The notes under the pieces were generated by a model that was not told the DNA's origin, searched no databases, and was given only the letters and a program-made list of their open reading frames with translations. A DNA stretch of 64,000 nt from Thermoanaerobaculia bacterium. Its GTDB lineage: Bacteria; Acidobacteriota; Thermoanaerobaculia; Multivoradales; J023. A program made the translations under genes and the position numbers. The DNA is taken from positions 3,543 through 67,542 of the forward strand of contig JALCBJ010000021.1 in NCBI GenBank assembly GCA_028066595.1, given 5' to 3'. Below are positions 19,764 to 29,254 of the stretch, in pieces. Position 1 is the first letter of the stretch; each line of letters begins with the position of its first letter.

Positions 19764-20351
19764 CTACGCAGTCTCCGTATAGGAGCCACTGAGTCGATCT
19801 GCCAAGGAGCGGGACGAGCCGAGGGCCAGGATCAGTGGCAGCCCTGCGAGAAGTACCGTCGTCAAGGCACCCAGCCAGCGTAAGGCAGTCTGGCCGAAGG
19901 TCAGAGGCTCGCCGGAACCTGTGCGCGCCACGTGGCCCACTCGCATCATCCCGGGCGTCTGTCCCCAGAAGGCCAAGGGAACGCCGGCGTATAGCAGCGA
20001 GAACAGGAGCAGAAACAAGAGGAAAGCCGGCCAGTCATCCAACTGTAGGTGAGCGCCCATGATCCACGACGCTGCGATCACGAATCCGAGCACCAGAGCG
20101 TGGATGGTGAGATCGATGACGCCGCCAATCAAACGATCGAGCACGCCGACCTCGCCGTAGGGGGCTTCCCACGAACCAGCTCCCTGCGCCCCGAGACCTT
20201 CGAGGCTGTCGTCTTCCGCGGCATCGAAGAGATCGCTTTGGTGATGCCCGGCACCCTCCTCCGCTTCGCCTCGCTGCCGATTCACTCCACCCGAATCGTC
20301 ATGGAGCGGCAGGTCGAAGAGGGGTAGCTCGGGACGCTTCTCGTGACTCAC
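19764..20351 (-). CDS. RDD-family membrane protein
   Basis: The DRLIGGVIDL..., GQTPGMMRVG and ...LADRLSGSY arrangement with 3 TM helices. GTG start. Confidence 0.65.
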   Translation of the reverse strand: MSHEKRPELPLFDLPLHDDSGGVNRQRGEAEEGAGHHQSDLFDAAEDDSLEGLGAQGAGSWEAPYGEVGVLDRLIGGVIDLTIHALVLGFVIAASWIMGAHLQLDDWPAFLLFLLLFSLLYAGVPLAFWGQTPGMMRVGHVARTGSGEPLTFGQTALRWLGALTTVLLAGLPLILALGSSRSLADRLSGSYTETA

Positions 20352-20390
20352 GATGGCGCCTCGCCGGGGACGTCCCGCGACAGCACGACG

Positions 20391-22628
20391 TCAATCGTAC
20401 TTGCGACGGGGCTGGTACTTGACGAAGATGCGGTAGAGCAGATCCTCCCCGCGCCCGGCGTAAGTTTCTGCGAACTCGCGCAGGCGCTTCATCTCCGGGC
20501 TCTCCGTTCCCACTTCCTGAACGTCGCGTAGCTTGGACGCAGCGTCGGCCGCCAGCCCCTTCTGCAGATCGTCGAGGGCCAGATTGTAGTAGGAGTCCAG
20601 CAGGAGGCGGCGAATGTCGGCACTACCCGGTTGCTCGTCGTGCAGGCGCCAGAGTTGCGGGATGATGTCGACGTACTGGCCGTTCGAGAACTGATCGATC
20701 AGGGGCTGGATCGGTTCTAGGTTCTTGCTGATCGCGCCGGCCAGCTGTTGTTCCTCGGCATCGAAGTCCTGAATCTTGCGCGCCTGAGTGAGATAAACCG
20801 AAGCGCGGATCAACTCGCCGACATCGCGGGCTTGAAGGGCAGCGTCGAGGAACGCTTGGCGACGAGCAAGGTCCTGCTGTGAGGGTCCCGTCGGAGCTTC
20901 GATCTCCGGTGGCGCTACCTCTGCCCGCCATTGAGCAAGCAAAACCTGCGCTTCGGCATATCCAGCATCGTCCACCGATAGGCCTTCGAGCAAGGGAATG
21001 GCGGCCTCTACGTTGCCCGCCTCGTGCATCTTCTTGGCACGTTCCAGCTGCATGGAAACTTGGGCACCGGCTGGTTCGTCGTCGTCCGCATTCGGGAACA
21101 GAGAATCCCACTGAGTAACCAACAGGAACAGTAGCGCCACGACGGCGACCCCCACGCCACCGGCCAGCATGATCATCTTGCGGTCGGCCTTCTTTGTGAC
21201 GACCACACGGTCTCGCGCTACGGCCGCGTCCATGTCACGATCGGTGGTCCCCAGCTCTTCTAGATCTCCTAGACCACCGTCATCCAGCAGATCGATGTCC
21301 GAGTCCACCTCGGCTTGCCGCTTGATCGCCGGCACCTGGCCTGCCTCGAGCTGCTCCAGATAGTCCTCGGCGGTGGGGTGATTGGGCTGGAGCTCGAGCA
21401 CCTTGCGCAAACTATCTTTGGCACCTTCCAGATCGCGCGACTCGATTTCGCTGGTCGCCTGGTGGAAGATCTCTTCGGCCTGCCGCTCCTTCTCGGCCTT
21501 GCGCTCGCGGGCCTTGTCGATTCGATCCGACGCCGCAGCGTTGTCGATGTCGAGCAAGAAAATACGCGACCAGACATCGATCGCGTCTTGCAAGCGGTCT
21601 GCTTCATAGTGCTGCTGACCTTCGGCGAGTAGCTCCTGAATCTTGACGTGTTGTTCATCGTCGGGTGCGTCGGTGTCGACGACACCTAGTGCTGCGAGAT
21701 CCTCTCCCGCCGCGGCGGAATCGAGATCACCGTCCAGGCTCTCGAGGTCCAAGCTGTCGAGAGCGAGCTCGTCGCCGATCTCGGCGTCGAGGTCCTCTGG
21801 ACCGATATCCAATGGCTCTGCAGGGGGTATCGCGTCGAGGTTCGGTTCCTCTGCTGGTGAGCCGAGGTCGAGGGGCTCGGGCTCGTCGAAACTCAACATC
21901 TCCGGCTCAGCAGCGGCGGGAGGCTCCGGCGCGGACGGCGCAACCGGAGACGCTACCGGTGGTTCCGGCGCAACCGGGGCAGGTGCCGCGGCGACCGGTG
22001 GCTCCGGCGCAACCGGGGTAGGTGCTGCCGGGGACGGTGCTGCGACGACCGGTGGCTCCGGTGCAACCGGGGTAGGCGCAGGGTTCACGGCTACGGGACC
22101 TTCAGGGGCTGGTCCCGGTAGCACCGACGCTCTCGACAAAGGCTGGGTTTCGGCTGGGGATGGCGCTGGTACCTGCGCCGCGGGCTCGGGAGTTGGCGGT
22201 GCAGGTGCGGCAGCTGCGGCGCTGTGAGCGCGCAATTCGTTCGCGAACTCCAAGACCGCGGGATGGCTCGGCTCGAGTGAGCGGGCCTTGTCGAAGAACT
22301 CCTTGGCCTTGTCGCGCTGCCCCGCATGATAGGCCTTTCTCGAGCCGTCGAGAAAGCTCTTGATATAGGCATCTGTCTCGAGTCCGGCTTGCGCCTGCTC
22401 CACCAGCGCCTGCGCCTGTGGATCTCGTGCGACGGCCTCCTTTTGGTTCTCGGCGATCTGGATCACCTGGCCGAAATTGCGCTTCGCCAACAGATCTTGC
22501 ATGACGGCACCCAGACCGGAGGCTGGCTGCGGAGCGGCGGGAGCCGGTGCCGATGGCGCATCGAGATCACCGAGATCGTCGAGGGAGCCCTGATCGTCCA
22601 GGGAACCGAGGTCGTCCAAATCAGACAT
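20391..22628 (-). CDS. TPR-repeat protein with Pro/Ala-rich low-complexity region and one TM segment
   Basis: An acidic DLGSLDD N-terminus is followed by a TPR, then (A)PTPVAPEPPV repeats, a TM segment (MIMLAGGVGVAVVALLFLLV) and C-terminal TPR-like helices. Confidence 0.7.
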   Translation of the reverse strand: MSDLDDLGSLDDQGSLDDLGDLDAPSAPAPAAPQPASGLGAVMQDLLAKRNFGQVIQIAENQKEAVARDPQAQALVEQAQAGLETDAYIKSFLDGSRKAYHAGQRDKAKEFFDKARSLEPSHPAVLEFANELRAHSAAAAAPAPPTPEPAAQVPAPSPAETQPLSRASVLPGPAPEGPVAVNPAPTPVAPEPPVVAAPSPAAPTPVAPEPPVAAAPAPVAPEPPVASPVAPSAPEPPAAAEPEMLSFDEPEPLDLGSPAEEPNLDAIPPAEPLDIGPEDLDAEIGDELALDSLDLESLDGDLDSAAAGEDLAALGVVDTDAPDDEQHVKIQELLAEGQQHYEADRLQDAIDVWSRIFLLDIDNAAASDRIDKARERKAEKERQAEEIFHQATSEIESRDLEGAKDSLRKVLELQPNHPTAEDYLEQLEAGQVPAIKRQAEVDSDIDLLDDGGLGDLEELGTTDRDMDAAVARDRVVVTKKADRKMIMLAGGVGVAVVALLFLLVTQWDSLFPNADDDEPAGAQVSMQLERAKKMHEAGNVEAAIPLLEGLSVDDAGYAEAQVLLAQWRAEVAPPEIEAPTGPSQQDLARRQAFLDAALQARDVGELIRASVYLTQARKIQDFDAEEQQLAGAISKNLEPIQPLIDQFSNGQYVDIIPQLWRLHDEQPGSADIRRLLLDSYYNLALDDLQKGLAADAASKLRDVQEVGTESPEMKRLREFAETYAGRGEDLLYRIFVKYQPRRKYD
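21955..22080. repeat. Three imperfect copies of a ~31-nt unit (accggtggctccggcgcaaccggggtaggtgc) inside the CDS
   Basis: Copies start at about 21955, 21994 and 22047. On the minus strand they encode the repeated PTPVAPEPPV peptide. Confidence 0.7.
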
Positions 22629-22828
22629 AGGAGTGGTACACGGCGGCGGTGAGCCGTCCTCCGAGGGGTCGTGGAATGATCTGCATCGATCTCACGGTGC
22701 GTCCCGACATCTTAGCAAAGGCACCGAACAACGCCGCCCAGATCGAAGGGCGCTCGCCAGCCGTCGAGCCTCGAGCGGAGCCGGCGCCCGGCATCCAGCC
22801 GTCCGCGCCGACGCCTCGCCCGTTTCCC

Positions 22829-22860
22829 AAAAAGGCCGAAGGGGACCGGACGGTCCCCTT
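22829..22860 (-). terminator. Candidate intrinsic terminator (minus-strand sense)
   Basis: Perfect 9-bp stem aaggggacc/ggtcccctt with a 4-nt loop (22839-22860). On the minus strand it is followed by CGGCC then UUUUU (22829-22833). Confidence 0.45.
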
Positions 22861-23085
22861 GGTTATGATCGCGCGCCATAGGGCGCGGAGGAGGTAGGAA
22901 TTGTGACGAGGCGAACAGTCGTCCGCCCGGTGGGGCCACGGTTCATGATCGCGGACGCGACCAAGTGGGCCCCGGCAGGACGGGTCTTGCGACCCACTCT
23001 GTTCCCTATATACGCACGACGGCCGGATTCCGTTTCATGCCTCGCGAACAATTTCGCGTGAAGCATCCAAGATCGTGCGACGACC

Positions 23086-23673
23086 TCAGGACCTGGCGGC
23101 CTCGATCTGTTGTTTCAGCCTCGCCGCGTCCACCACGCCGGTCTCCAGGAACACGATGCGCCCCTGCGTGTCGATGACGAACACGGTCGGCAGGCCGCCG
23201 ACGCCGAGGCGGGCGTAGAGAGTTTCGCCCGGATCCAACAGGACGGGATAGGGAAATGGGCTGGAGGCTGCGTACTGACGGATCGTAGCCTCGTCCTCGC
23301 CGACGTTGATGGCCAGAAAGACCACTTCGTCGTCGGCATACTGTGCACGAACCTCTTCGAAATACTTGGCTTGCAAACGACAGGGTCCACACCAGGTAGC
23401 CCAAAGATCCGCTACGACGACGCGACCCCGAAAGTCCGGTGGGCCCAACTCGGGCCCGTCGAGACTCGGCAGTCGGAACTCCGCTGATTCCAGAGCTCCG
23501 GTCACCGACATCGCGGAGTCGACCGGAGACTCCACCGGCAACGCGTCTGCTAGGAACGAGCCGCCCAGCCCCACCGCGGCTCCGGCCGCTGCGGCGGCCA
23601 GGACCCACGACAAGAGCCGCAGCAGCACGCGGCCTCGGGTGAGCTCGGTCTCGGTGGCGGTGGCTCGGCTCAT
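23086..23673 (-). CDS. TlpA/ResA-like thiol:disulfide oxidoreductase (thioredoxin fold), membrane-anchored
   Basis: WATWCGPCR active site and an N-terminal anchor LLRLLSWVLAAAAAGAAV. ATG 23673 is preceded by GAGGAG. Confidence 0.85.
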   Translation of the reverse strand: MSRATATETELTRGRVLLRLLSWVLAAAAAGAAVGLGGSFLADALPVESPVDSAMSVTGALESAEFRLPSLDGPELGPPDFRGRVVVADLWATWCGPCRLQAKYFEEVRAQYADDEVVFLAINVGEDEATIRQYAASSPFPYPVLLDPGETLYARLGVGGLPTVFVIDTQGRIVFLETGVVDAARLKQQIEAARS

Positions 23674-23700
23674 CACATTCTCCTCAGATGACCTCGTCGT

Positions 23701-23740
23701 CGACCGGGTCACCATCGACCGGGTCACCATCGACCGGGTC
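23701..23740. repeat. 15-bp tandem repeat (cgaccgggtcaccat) x2 plus a partial third copy
   Basis: Read directly: cgaccgggtcaccat cgaccgggtcaccat cgaccgggtc. It lies in the 78-nt spacer between the cysS stop and the tlpA-like start. Confidence 0.8.
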
Positions 23741-23751
23741 GAGAGCGACCC

Positions 23752-25296
23752 TCAATTCTTCACGATATCCGAAGCGCCGCCCTCACCGTCCCGGATCTCC
23801 CAGCCGAGCTCGGACAAGCGGTCCCGAATGCGGTCGGCGGTGGCCCAGTCCTTGGCTGCTCGTGCCTGTGATCGCAGCTCGGCGATCAAACCGAGCAACT
23901 CGTCCGGCCCTTCGTCACCAGGCGGTCCGTCGCCTAGACGCTCGGCCCGCAGTCCAAGGATCCTACAGAGATTGACGATGGCGTCTGCCAAGAACAGACG
24001 ATCCGCTGCCGCGACGCCATCGTCGCCGCGGCTCAGGAAGTCCTTGCTGGCATGGATCAGACCATCGATGGCCGCCAAGCCACCCGGAGTGCCGAAATCG
24101 TCATCCATGGCTGATTGAAACGCACTGCGAGCCTCCGATACGGCTCGTCCGGCGGCTTCCGAAACTCCGTGGGAATCGTCCCTCGACAGGCCGTCCCGCA
24201 AGCGCTCCACGATGCGGTAGATGCGCTCCACGCGCTGGCCGGCCTGGTCGAGTAGATCCTGTGAAAAGCGGATGGGGGAGCGATAGTGGCTCTGCACCAT
24301 CAGCATGCGTACGGCCATGGGGTCGTACGCACCCAGAGGCCAGATCGTGTCTTTCAGCCACCAAACATTGCCGAGGGATTTCGACATTTTCGCCTGGTCG
24401 CCTTCCGTGTATTCGTCTCCGCGTTCGGTCTCGTTACGAGCGTCGAGGGTCAGAAACCCGTTGTGAACCCAGAACTTCACGGATTCGCCATCATCTCCCA
24501 GCGACCCACAGTAGCCACAGTCGTTCTGAGCCTTTTCGTTCTCGTGATGCGGGAAGATGAGATCGCGTCCACCACCGTGGATATCGAAGGGCATGCCTAG
24601 ATACTTGGCCGACAGCGCCGAGCACTCGAGGTGCCATCCAGGGCGTCCGTCTCCCCAGGGTGATGGCCAGCGCGGAACTTGTTCTCCTGCCGCCTTCAAG
24701 TCCTCTGGATCGTTCCTCAGCAACTTCCAGAGAATAAAGTCGCCAGGGCTTCGCTTGACTGCCATCTGAGCTTCAGTCATGCGCCCTGAGGCCCCCACCC
24801 GCTGCTCGTCCAGTTTGCGGCCCGAAAGCGACCCATAGTCGTCGTCGGAGGCGGTATCGAAGTACACGTCACCGTCCGAGGCCACGTAGCCGTTGCCAGA
24901 GTCGAGTAGATTCTCGATCAGCTGGTGCATCTCCGGCACATGATCGGTAGCGCGTGGCTGGACGTCCGGCGGGCGGTTGCCGATCGCTGAGATCAGACGA
25001 TAGTACTCCTCCATGTAGATCACCGTCACCTCGCGCCAGGAACGGTTTTCGCGTATCGCCCGGCGGATGATCTTGTCGTCTATGTCGGTGAAATTGGAGA
25101 CGTAGCGCACCGAATAGCCACAATGCTCCAGATAGCGCCGCATGATGTCCGGTACCACGGCGGCGCGCACGTGACCGAGATGAAGGCTGTCGTAGACCGT
25201 CGGCCCGCAGTAGTACAGGCCGACGCGATGGCCGTCGGGATCTACGGGTACGAACGGTTCTTTGCGTCGGGTCTGGGAGTTGTAAATCTGGAGCAT
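23752..25296 (-). CDS. cysS: Cysteine--tRNA ligase
   Basis: MLQIYNSQTRRKEPF, the HIGH-type motif CGPTVYDSLHLGHVR, KMSKSLGN, and a C-terminal DALR-like region. Confidence 0.95.
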   Translation of the reverse strand: MLQIYNSQTRRKEPFVPVDPDGHRVGLYYCGPTVYDSLHLGHVRAAVVPDIMRRYLEHCGYSVRYVSNFTDIDDKIIRRAIRENRSWREVTVIYMEEYYRLISAIGNRPPDVQPRATDHVPEMHQLIENLLDSGNGYVASDGDVYFDTASDDDYGSLSGRKLDEQRVGASGRMTEAQMAVKRSPGDFILWKLLRNDPEDLKAAGEQVPRWPSPWGDGRPGWHLECSALSAKYLGMPFDIHGGGRDLIFPHHENEKAQNDCGYCGSLGDDGESVKFWVHNGFLTLDARNETERGDEYTEGDQAKMSKSLGNVWWLKDTIWPLGAYDPMAVRMLMVQSHYRSPIRFSQDLLDQAGQRVERIYRIVERLRDGLSRDDSHGVSEAAGRAVSEARSAFQSAMDDDFGTPGGLAAIDGLIHASKDFLSRGDDGVAAADRLFLADAIVNLCRILGLRAERLGDGPPGDEGPDELLGLIAELRSQARAAKDWATADRIRDRLSELGWEIRDGEGGASDIVKN

Positions 25297-25711
25297 GCTC
25301 GGACCTTGGGAAGCTCTCCCGGGCGTCCCCCCGGAAGGTGCGCGAAAGGTAACACGCCGAAGTCCCCGGAGATTCCGTCCGTGTCGTTCGGCGCTGCAAT
25401 CGCATGACCGAGAGGTGAAACCCTCGTCGCCATGGGTCGTACCAACCGGCGAGCTTCTTCTTCACTTCTTCCCACCCCCGGGTTCTTCCCCCGGGGGTTT
25501 TGTTTTCCGGCGTTCACCGCGACGCGCCGACGTCCCGGGGGCCACCTCCGTCGATCCTGTCTGCTCGGAGATCGACACGGACCCGACGGTTCGAGGTCGC
25601 GGAAGCCCAGGTACTCCGACACGCACCCGTCCAGAGGCAATTCGCCGAGCGCCAGAGGCAATCCGACCCGGCGGGGAACCGGCCGTTGCGCGGCCTCGTA
25701 CCCCGCGACAA

Positions 25712-27976
25712 ATGATTGATACCTCGACTCGACCCAGTAACGTGTTTCCGTACGAGATCTCCCGCCACGTGGGAACAGGCTCGATGGGCGTGGTCTACGA
25801 AGCGCGGGATCGCGATCTCGACCGCCAGGTCGCCATCAAGACGCTGCGCACCTCTCTGCTTCAAGACCAGGACGAACGGTCCCGCGTGGAGTTTCGCCGG
25901 CGCTTCCTGCAGGAGGCGCGTGCCGCCGCTGCTCTGTCCCATCCCGGCGCAACGACCATCTATCGCACCGGCCAGCTCGATGACGACCCCTACATCGTCA
26001 TGGAATGGCTCGAAGGCCGCACGTTGGAAGACTCACTGTCGGAATCCGGCCCTTTTCCGGTGCGCGAGACGATCGACTTGGTGCTTTCCCTTCTCGAGAC
26101 GCTGGGGGCGGCTCACAAGGCGGGCATCGTTCATCGCGACATCAAGCCCTCGAATCTGTTGATCTTGGACGATGGTCGCCTGAAGGTCACGGACTTCGGC
26201 ATCGCGCTGATGCAGGGTCGCGAGCTGGTGAAGACGCAAGCGGGGGTGGTCTTCGCTACTCCCCGATTCGCCTCTCCGGAGCAGCTGCGCGGCACGGAGA
26301 TCGATGGCAGAGCCGATCTGTTTTCCACGGGCGTCGTCCTTTATCTGATGCTGACCGGGGAATACCCGTTCGCGGGTCAGACCTTCATGGACCTGGCCCA
26401 CGCCATCCTGCAAAACCCACCCAAACCACCACGTGAGCATCGACCTGATCTTCCCCCTGCTCTCGAACGGGCGGTCCTCCGCGTCCTATCCAAGGATCCC
26501 GACGACAGACCCGAGACCGCCCGAGAGCTTGGGCGCCTCCTCCGGGACGCTGTCCAGGAAGGCACCGGAGCGATGGATCCCACCCTGGCCTTGGGCTCTC
26601 TGGAAGCTCGACCGGCGAACGGCCAGGTCACAGAGTCTGGAGCGCCCGTACTGAAAGATCTGCCGCCGGAGCCGATCGCGCTGGCCCGCGAGGTCGTGTC
26701 GACATGGGCTGCGGAGGACATGCCCGTCCAGGCGACCACCACGCTCCTCGGCCGACTCTTCGACCGGCCCCTCCACACCGCGGCATTCTCCGGCGCCGTG
26801 GAGATCGAGGCCAGTACCTTGCTCGTCGCAGACGGCCGCTTGGTGGCAGCCTGGACCACCGATGGCGGCATGGACCGCGAGGCGATGGACTCGTTGCCCG
26901 CGTCCGGCGGAGCGCGGCTGCGCCGGGCGCCGGAGGCTGGCTGGGTCATGGCCTTGGCCACCCTTACCCACGAACCTCGGTATCGAAACCGAGATCTCGA
27001 TTCTTCCTTCGTCGACCTCCCGGCACTGGCCGACAAGCTTCGGGCGGACTCAGTTTGTGGCGTCATCCGCCTGCAGCAGCGGACCGAGGGTCACGACCCG
27101 CCGGTGCGCGGCTGGATCTTCCTCGGCAAAGGGCGCACCCTGGCTGCGCTGTACACACGGGGCTGGGATCATGTGCCGGTGAACCAGAGCTGGCGTCGCT
27201 GGGTAGAAGACCATCCCGTGACCGCATCGGTGCAGGAACCCTACGCGCCCGCTTTGGAAGAGTGGTATCCGCTGGCACTCGGCGGCCTGCGGCTGAACGT
27301 GGACTGGCTCGAGGCCGATGCCGGGCAGAACGGAACCGGCTCGACGTTTCGCCGGTTCTTACAAGGTACGACATCGGGGACGGGACCGACAGCGGTCCCC
27401 CGCGTCGCGTCGGCCTCGACCACCGCAAGCGAGGTGGAATTCGAAGCCGCGCCGGCGTACCGGGCACTGACCTGGTTGCTCTCGGACTTGCCCAACTGGT
27501 TTCGCGAACGGAGACGCGCCGGCGGTTGGCGGTACCTGGCGGAGTGGGTACCCAAGATCCGACGCGCCAGGCTCTATCATCCGCTCCGCCGGCCCGGGAC
27601 GGGAGAGCGCGATCGCTTCGACCTCGTGACGTTCGACGAGCGAGGGAAAGTTCTGCATCTCGTACAGAGAAGCGCGGGAGTCGACCCGGAGTCGCTCAGC
27701 CGATTCGTGGAGAGAGTCAAGGTAGCCAAAGAAGCGCGCACCAAGACCGGCGACATCGGAGCGGCTCTCTTGATCGCGCCCCGCTTTGACCAAGCCACCC
27801 TCGAAGCCTACGACTCTGTTCTGGAATCTGCCTCCTCGGGCCGTTGGCTTTCCTTGGGTGAGGCGCTCACCGGATACGAGGGTTTCGTGCGCACGGGACC
27901 GAGGCGTGGATTCCACCTGCTTCTGGTAGCCGAAGGTAAAGACTACGATTTCCAGCCGGTGATTCCAGCGCACTGA
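25712..27976 (+). CDS. Ser/Thr protein kinase with ~480-aa soluble C-terminal region of unknown function
   Basis: GTGSMGVVYEA, AIKTL, HRDIKPSNLL, DFGIA and SPEQ. ATG 25712 is preferred because the upstream 139 codons of the listed ORF are Arg/Pro-rich and unlikely coding. No TM segment. Confidence 0.85.
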   Translation: MIDTSTRPSNVFPYEISRHVGTGSMGVVYEARDRDLDRQVAIKTLRTSLLQDQDERSRVEFRRRFLQEARAAAALSHPGATTIYRTGQLDDDPYIVMEWLEGRTLEDSLSESGPFPVRETIDLVLSLLETLGAAHKAGIVHRDIKPSNLLILDDGRLKVTDFGIALMQGRELVKTQAGVVFATPRFASPEQLRGTEIDGRADLFSTGVVLYLMLTGEYPFAGQTFMDLAHAILQNPPKPPREHRPDLPPALERAVLRVLSKDPDDRPETARELGRLLRDAVQEGTGAMDPTLALGSLEARPANGQVTESGAPVLKDLPPEPIALAREVVSTWAAEDMPVQATTTLLGRLFDRPLHTAAFSGAVEIEASTLLVADGRLVAAWTTDGGMDREAMDSLPASGGARLRRAPEAGWVMALATLTHEPRYRNRDLDSSFVDLPALADKLRADSVCGVIRLQQRTEGHDPPVRGWIFLGKGRTLAALYTRGWDHVPVNQSWRRWVEDHPVTASVQEPYAPALEEWYPLALGGLRLNVDWLEADAGQNGTGSTFRRFLQGTTSGTGPTAVPRVASASTTASEVEFEAAPAYRALTWLLSDLPNWFRERRRAGGWRYLAEWVPKIRRARLYHPLRRPGTGERDRFDLVTFDERGKVLHLVQRSAGVDPESLSRFVERVKVAKEARTKTGDIGAALLIAPRFDQATLEAYDSVLESASSGRWLSLGEALTGYEGFVRTGPRRGFHLLLVAEGKDYDFQPVIPAH

Positions 27977-28276
27977 ACGACGCACTTTGCCGAACCATGG
28001 CGCGATTCGCTAGTGACGCGGCGCCCAGGGACCGTCATCCTCAGATGGTCCCGCCACCCCGGGACCGCAACGCCAAGACGATCTCGAGGGAGTCAGCATG
28101 ATGGTCCGTCCGGTCTCCACAGTCCGATCCTCGCTCGCGGGCAGTAGTTTCGGCCCGTTCGCGGCCCCGATCCATGTCCTGCGCTCAGGGTCGAGCGATT
28201 GCCACATCGAAATGCCAGTGCCGAGACAGGAATAGTCGTCGTGCGACAGCCTAGCTTCACCAGCCAGAAGTTCACG

Positions 28277-29254
28277 ATGCATTGGGGATGGAGGATCCTG
28301 CTCAAGGATCTGGGAATCAACCCATCTCGGGTTCTGCGTAGGGCCGCCCTGCCAGAGGATCTCCTGCATCGGCAGGGAGCTACCCTGAACACTCGGTCGT
28401 ACTTCGGTTTCTGGCGAGCACTCTACGAAGAAGCGGACGATCCACTCCTACCCTTGCGCCTGGGTCAAACCGTATCCGTGGAGTCCTTCGACGCACCGAT
28501 CTTCGCTGCGATGTGCAGTCCCGACTTCAATACCACTGCTCGCCGTATCAGTCGGTTCAAACCTCTCCTCGGCCCGGTGGCGCTTCACGTCGACCAGAGG
28601 CCGGAGACGACGACGTTGGACATCGAACGGCTCGACAAGACCGAGACGCCGCCGCTTCCCCTGGCGGCCACCGAGTTGGTTTTCTTCGTGCAACTCGCAC
28701 GTTTGGCCACGTGGGAGCGGATCCGACCCGAGGCGGTCACGACTCCTCGGCCGCCACAGCCGGCGGCTGCCTACACCGACTATTTCGGTTGTCGTGTCGA
28801 GACCGGCGCCAGCCACGGGGTCACGTTCTCGGCCCACGATGCCGCACGACCGTTTCTGACGGAAAACGAATCGATGTGGCAGTTTTTCCTCCCAGAGCTG
28901 CGCAAGCGCCTGTCGGAGCTCGATGCTTCAGCGACCATGGGCGATCGTGTACGCGCCGCGCTCCTGGAGCTTCTGCCGAGCGGTGAAACATCCCTCGGGG
29001 CGGTGTCCCGGAAGCTCGCCGTCAGTACCCGAACACTGCAGCGTCGCCTACAGACGGAGGAAGCCAGCTTTCAGCAGATCTTGGATCGCACTCGGGAGGA
29101 GCTCGCACGGCACTATCTCACTCGCTCCGAGCTGTCCGGATCCGAGATCTCCCTCCTGCTCGGTTTCGAAGAGCCCAGCTCATTCTTCCGCGCCTTCCAA
29201 GGCTGGACCGGAGAGACGCCACAACGGGTACGCGAAGGCGCCTTACTTCAGTAG
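28277..29254 (+). CDS. AraC-family transcriptional regulator
   Basis: C-terminal double HTH (VSRKLAVSTRTLQRRL ... EISLLLGFEEPSSFFRAFQGWTG). The N-terminal ligand-domain type is seen in the AraC/XylS subgroup. ATG 28277. Confidence 0.85.
   Translation: MHWGWRILLKDLGINPSRVLRRAALPEDLLHRQGATLNTRSYFGFWRALYEEADDPLLPLRLGQTVSVESFDAPIFAAMCSPDFNTTARRISRFKPLLGPVALHVDQRPETTTLDIERLDKTETPPLPLAATELVFFVQLARLATWERIRPEAVTTPRPPQPAAAYTDYFGCRVETGASHGVTFSAHDAARPFLTENESMWQFFLPELRKRLSELDASATMGDRVRAALLELLPSGETSLGAVSRKLAVSTRTLQRRLQTEEASFQQILDRTREELARHYLTRSELSGSEISLLLGFEEPSSFFRAFQGWTGETPQRVREGALLQ

Noticed and set aside
25295-25711. N-terminal 139-codon extension of the second kinase ORF
   Set aside because: The extension starts inside the cysS start region, and its translation is Arg/Pro/Gly-rich with no structure. 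ATG 25712 directly precedes the kinase subdomain I glycine loop at a normal distance.
28010-28369. 119-aa minus-strand ORF between the kinase and the AraC gene
   Set aside because: It overlaps the AraC regulator start, has no SD and gives a Pro/Gly/Trp/Arg-rich unstructured translation.
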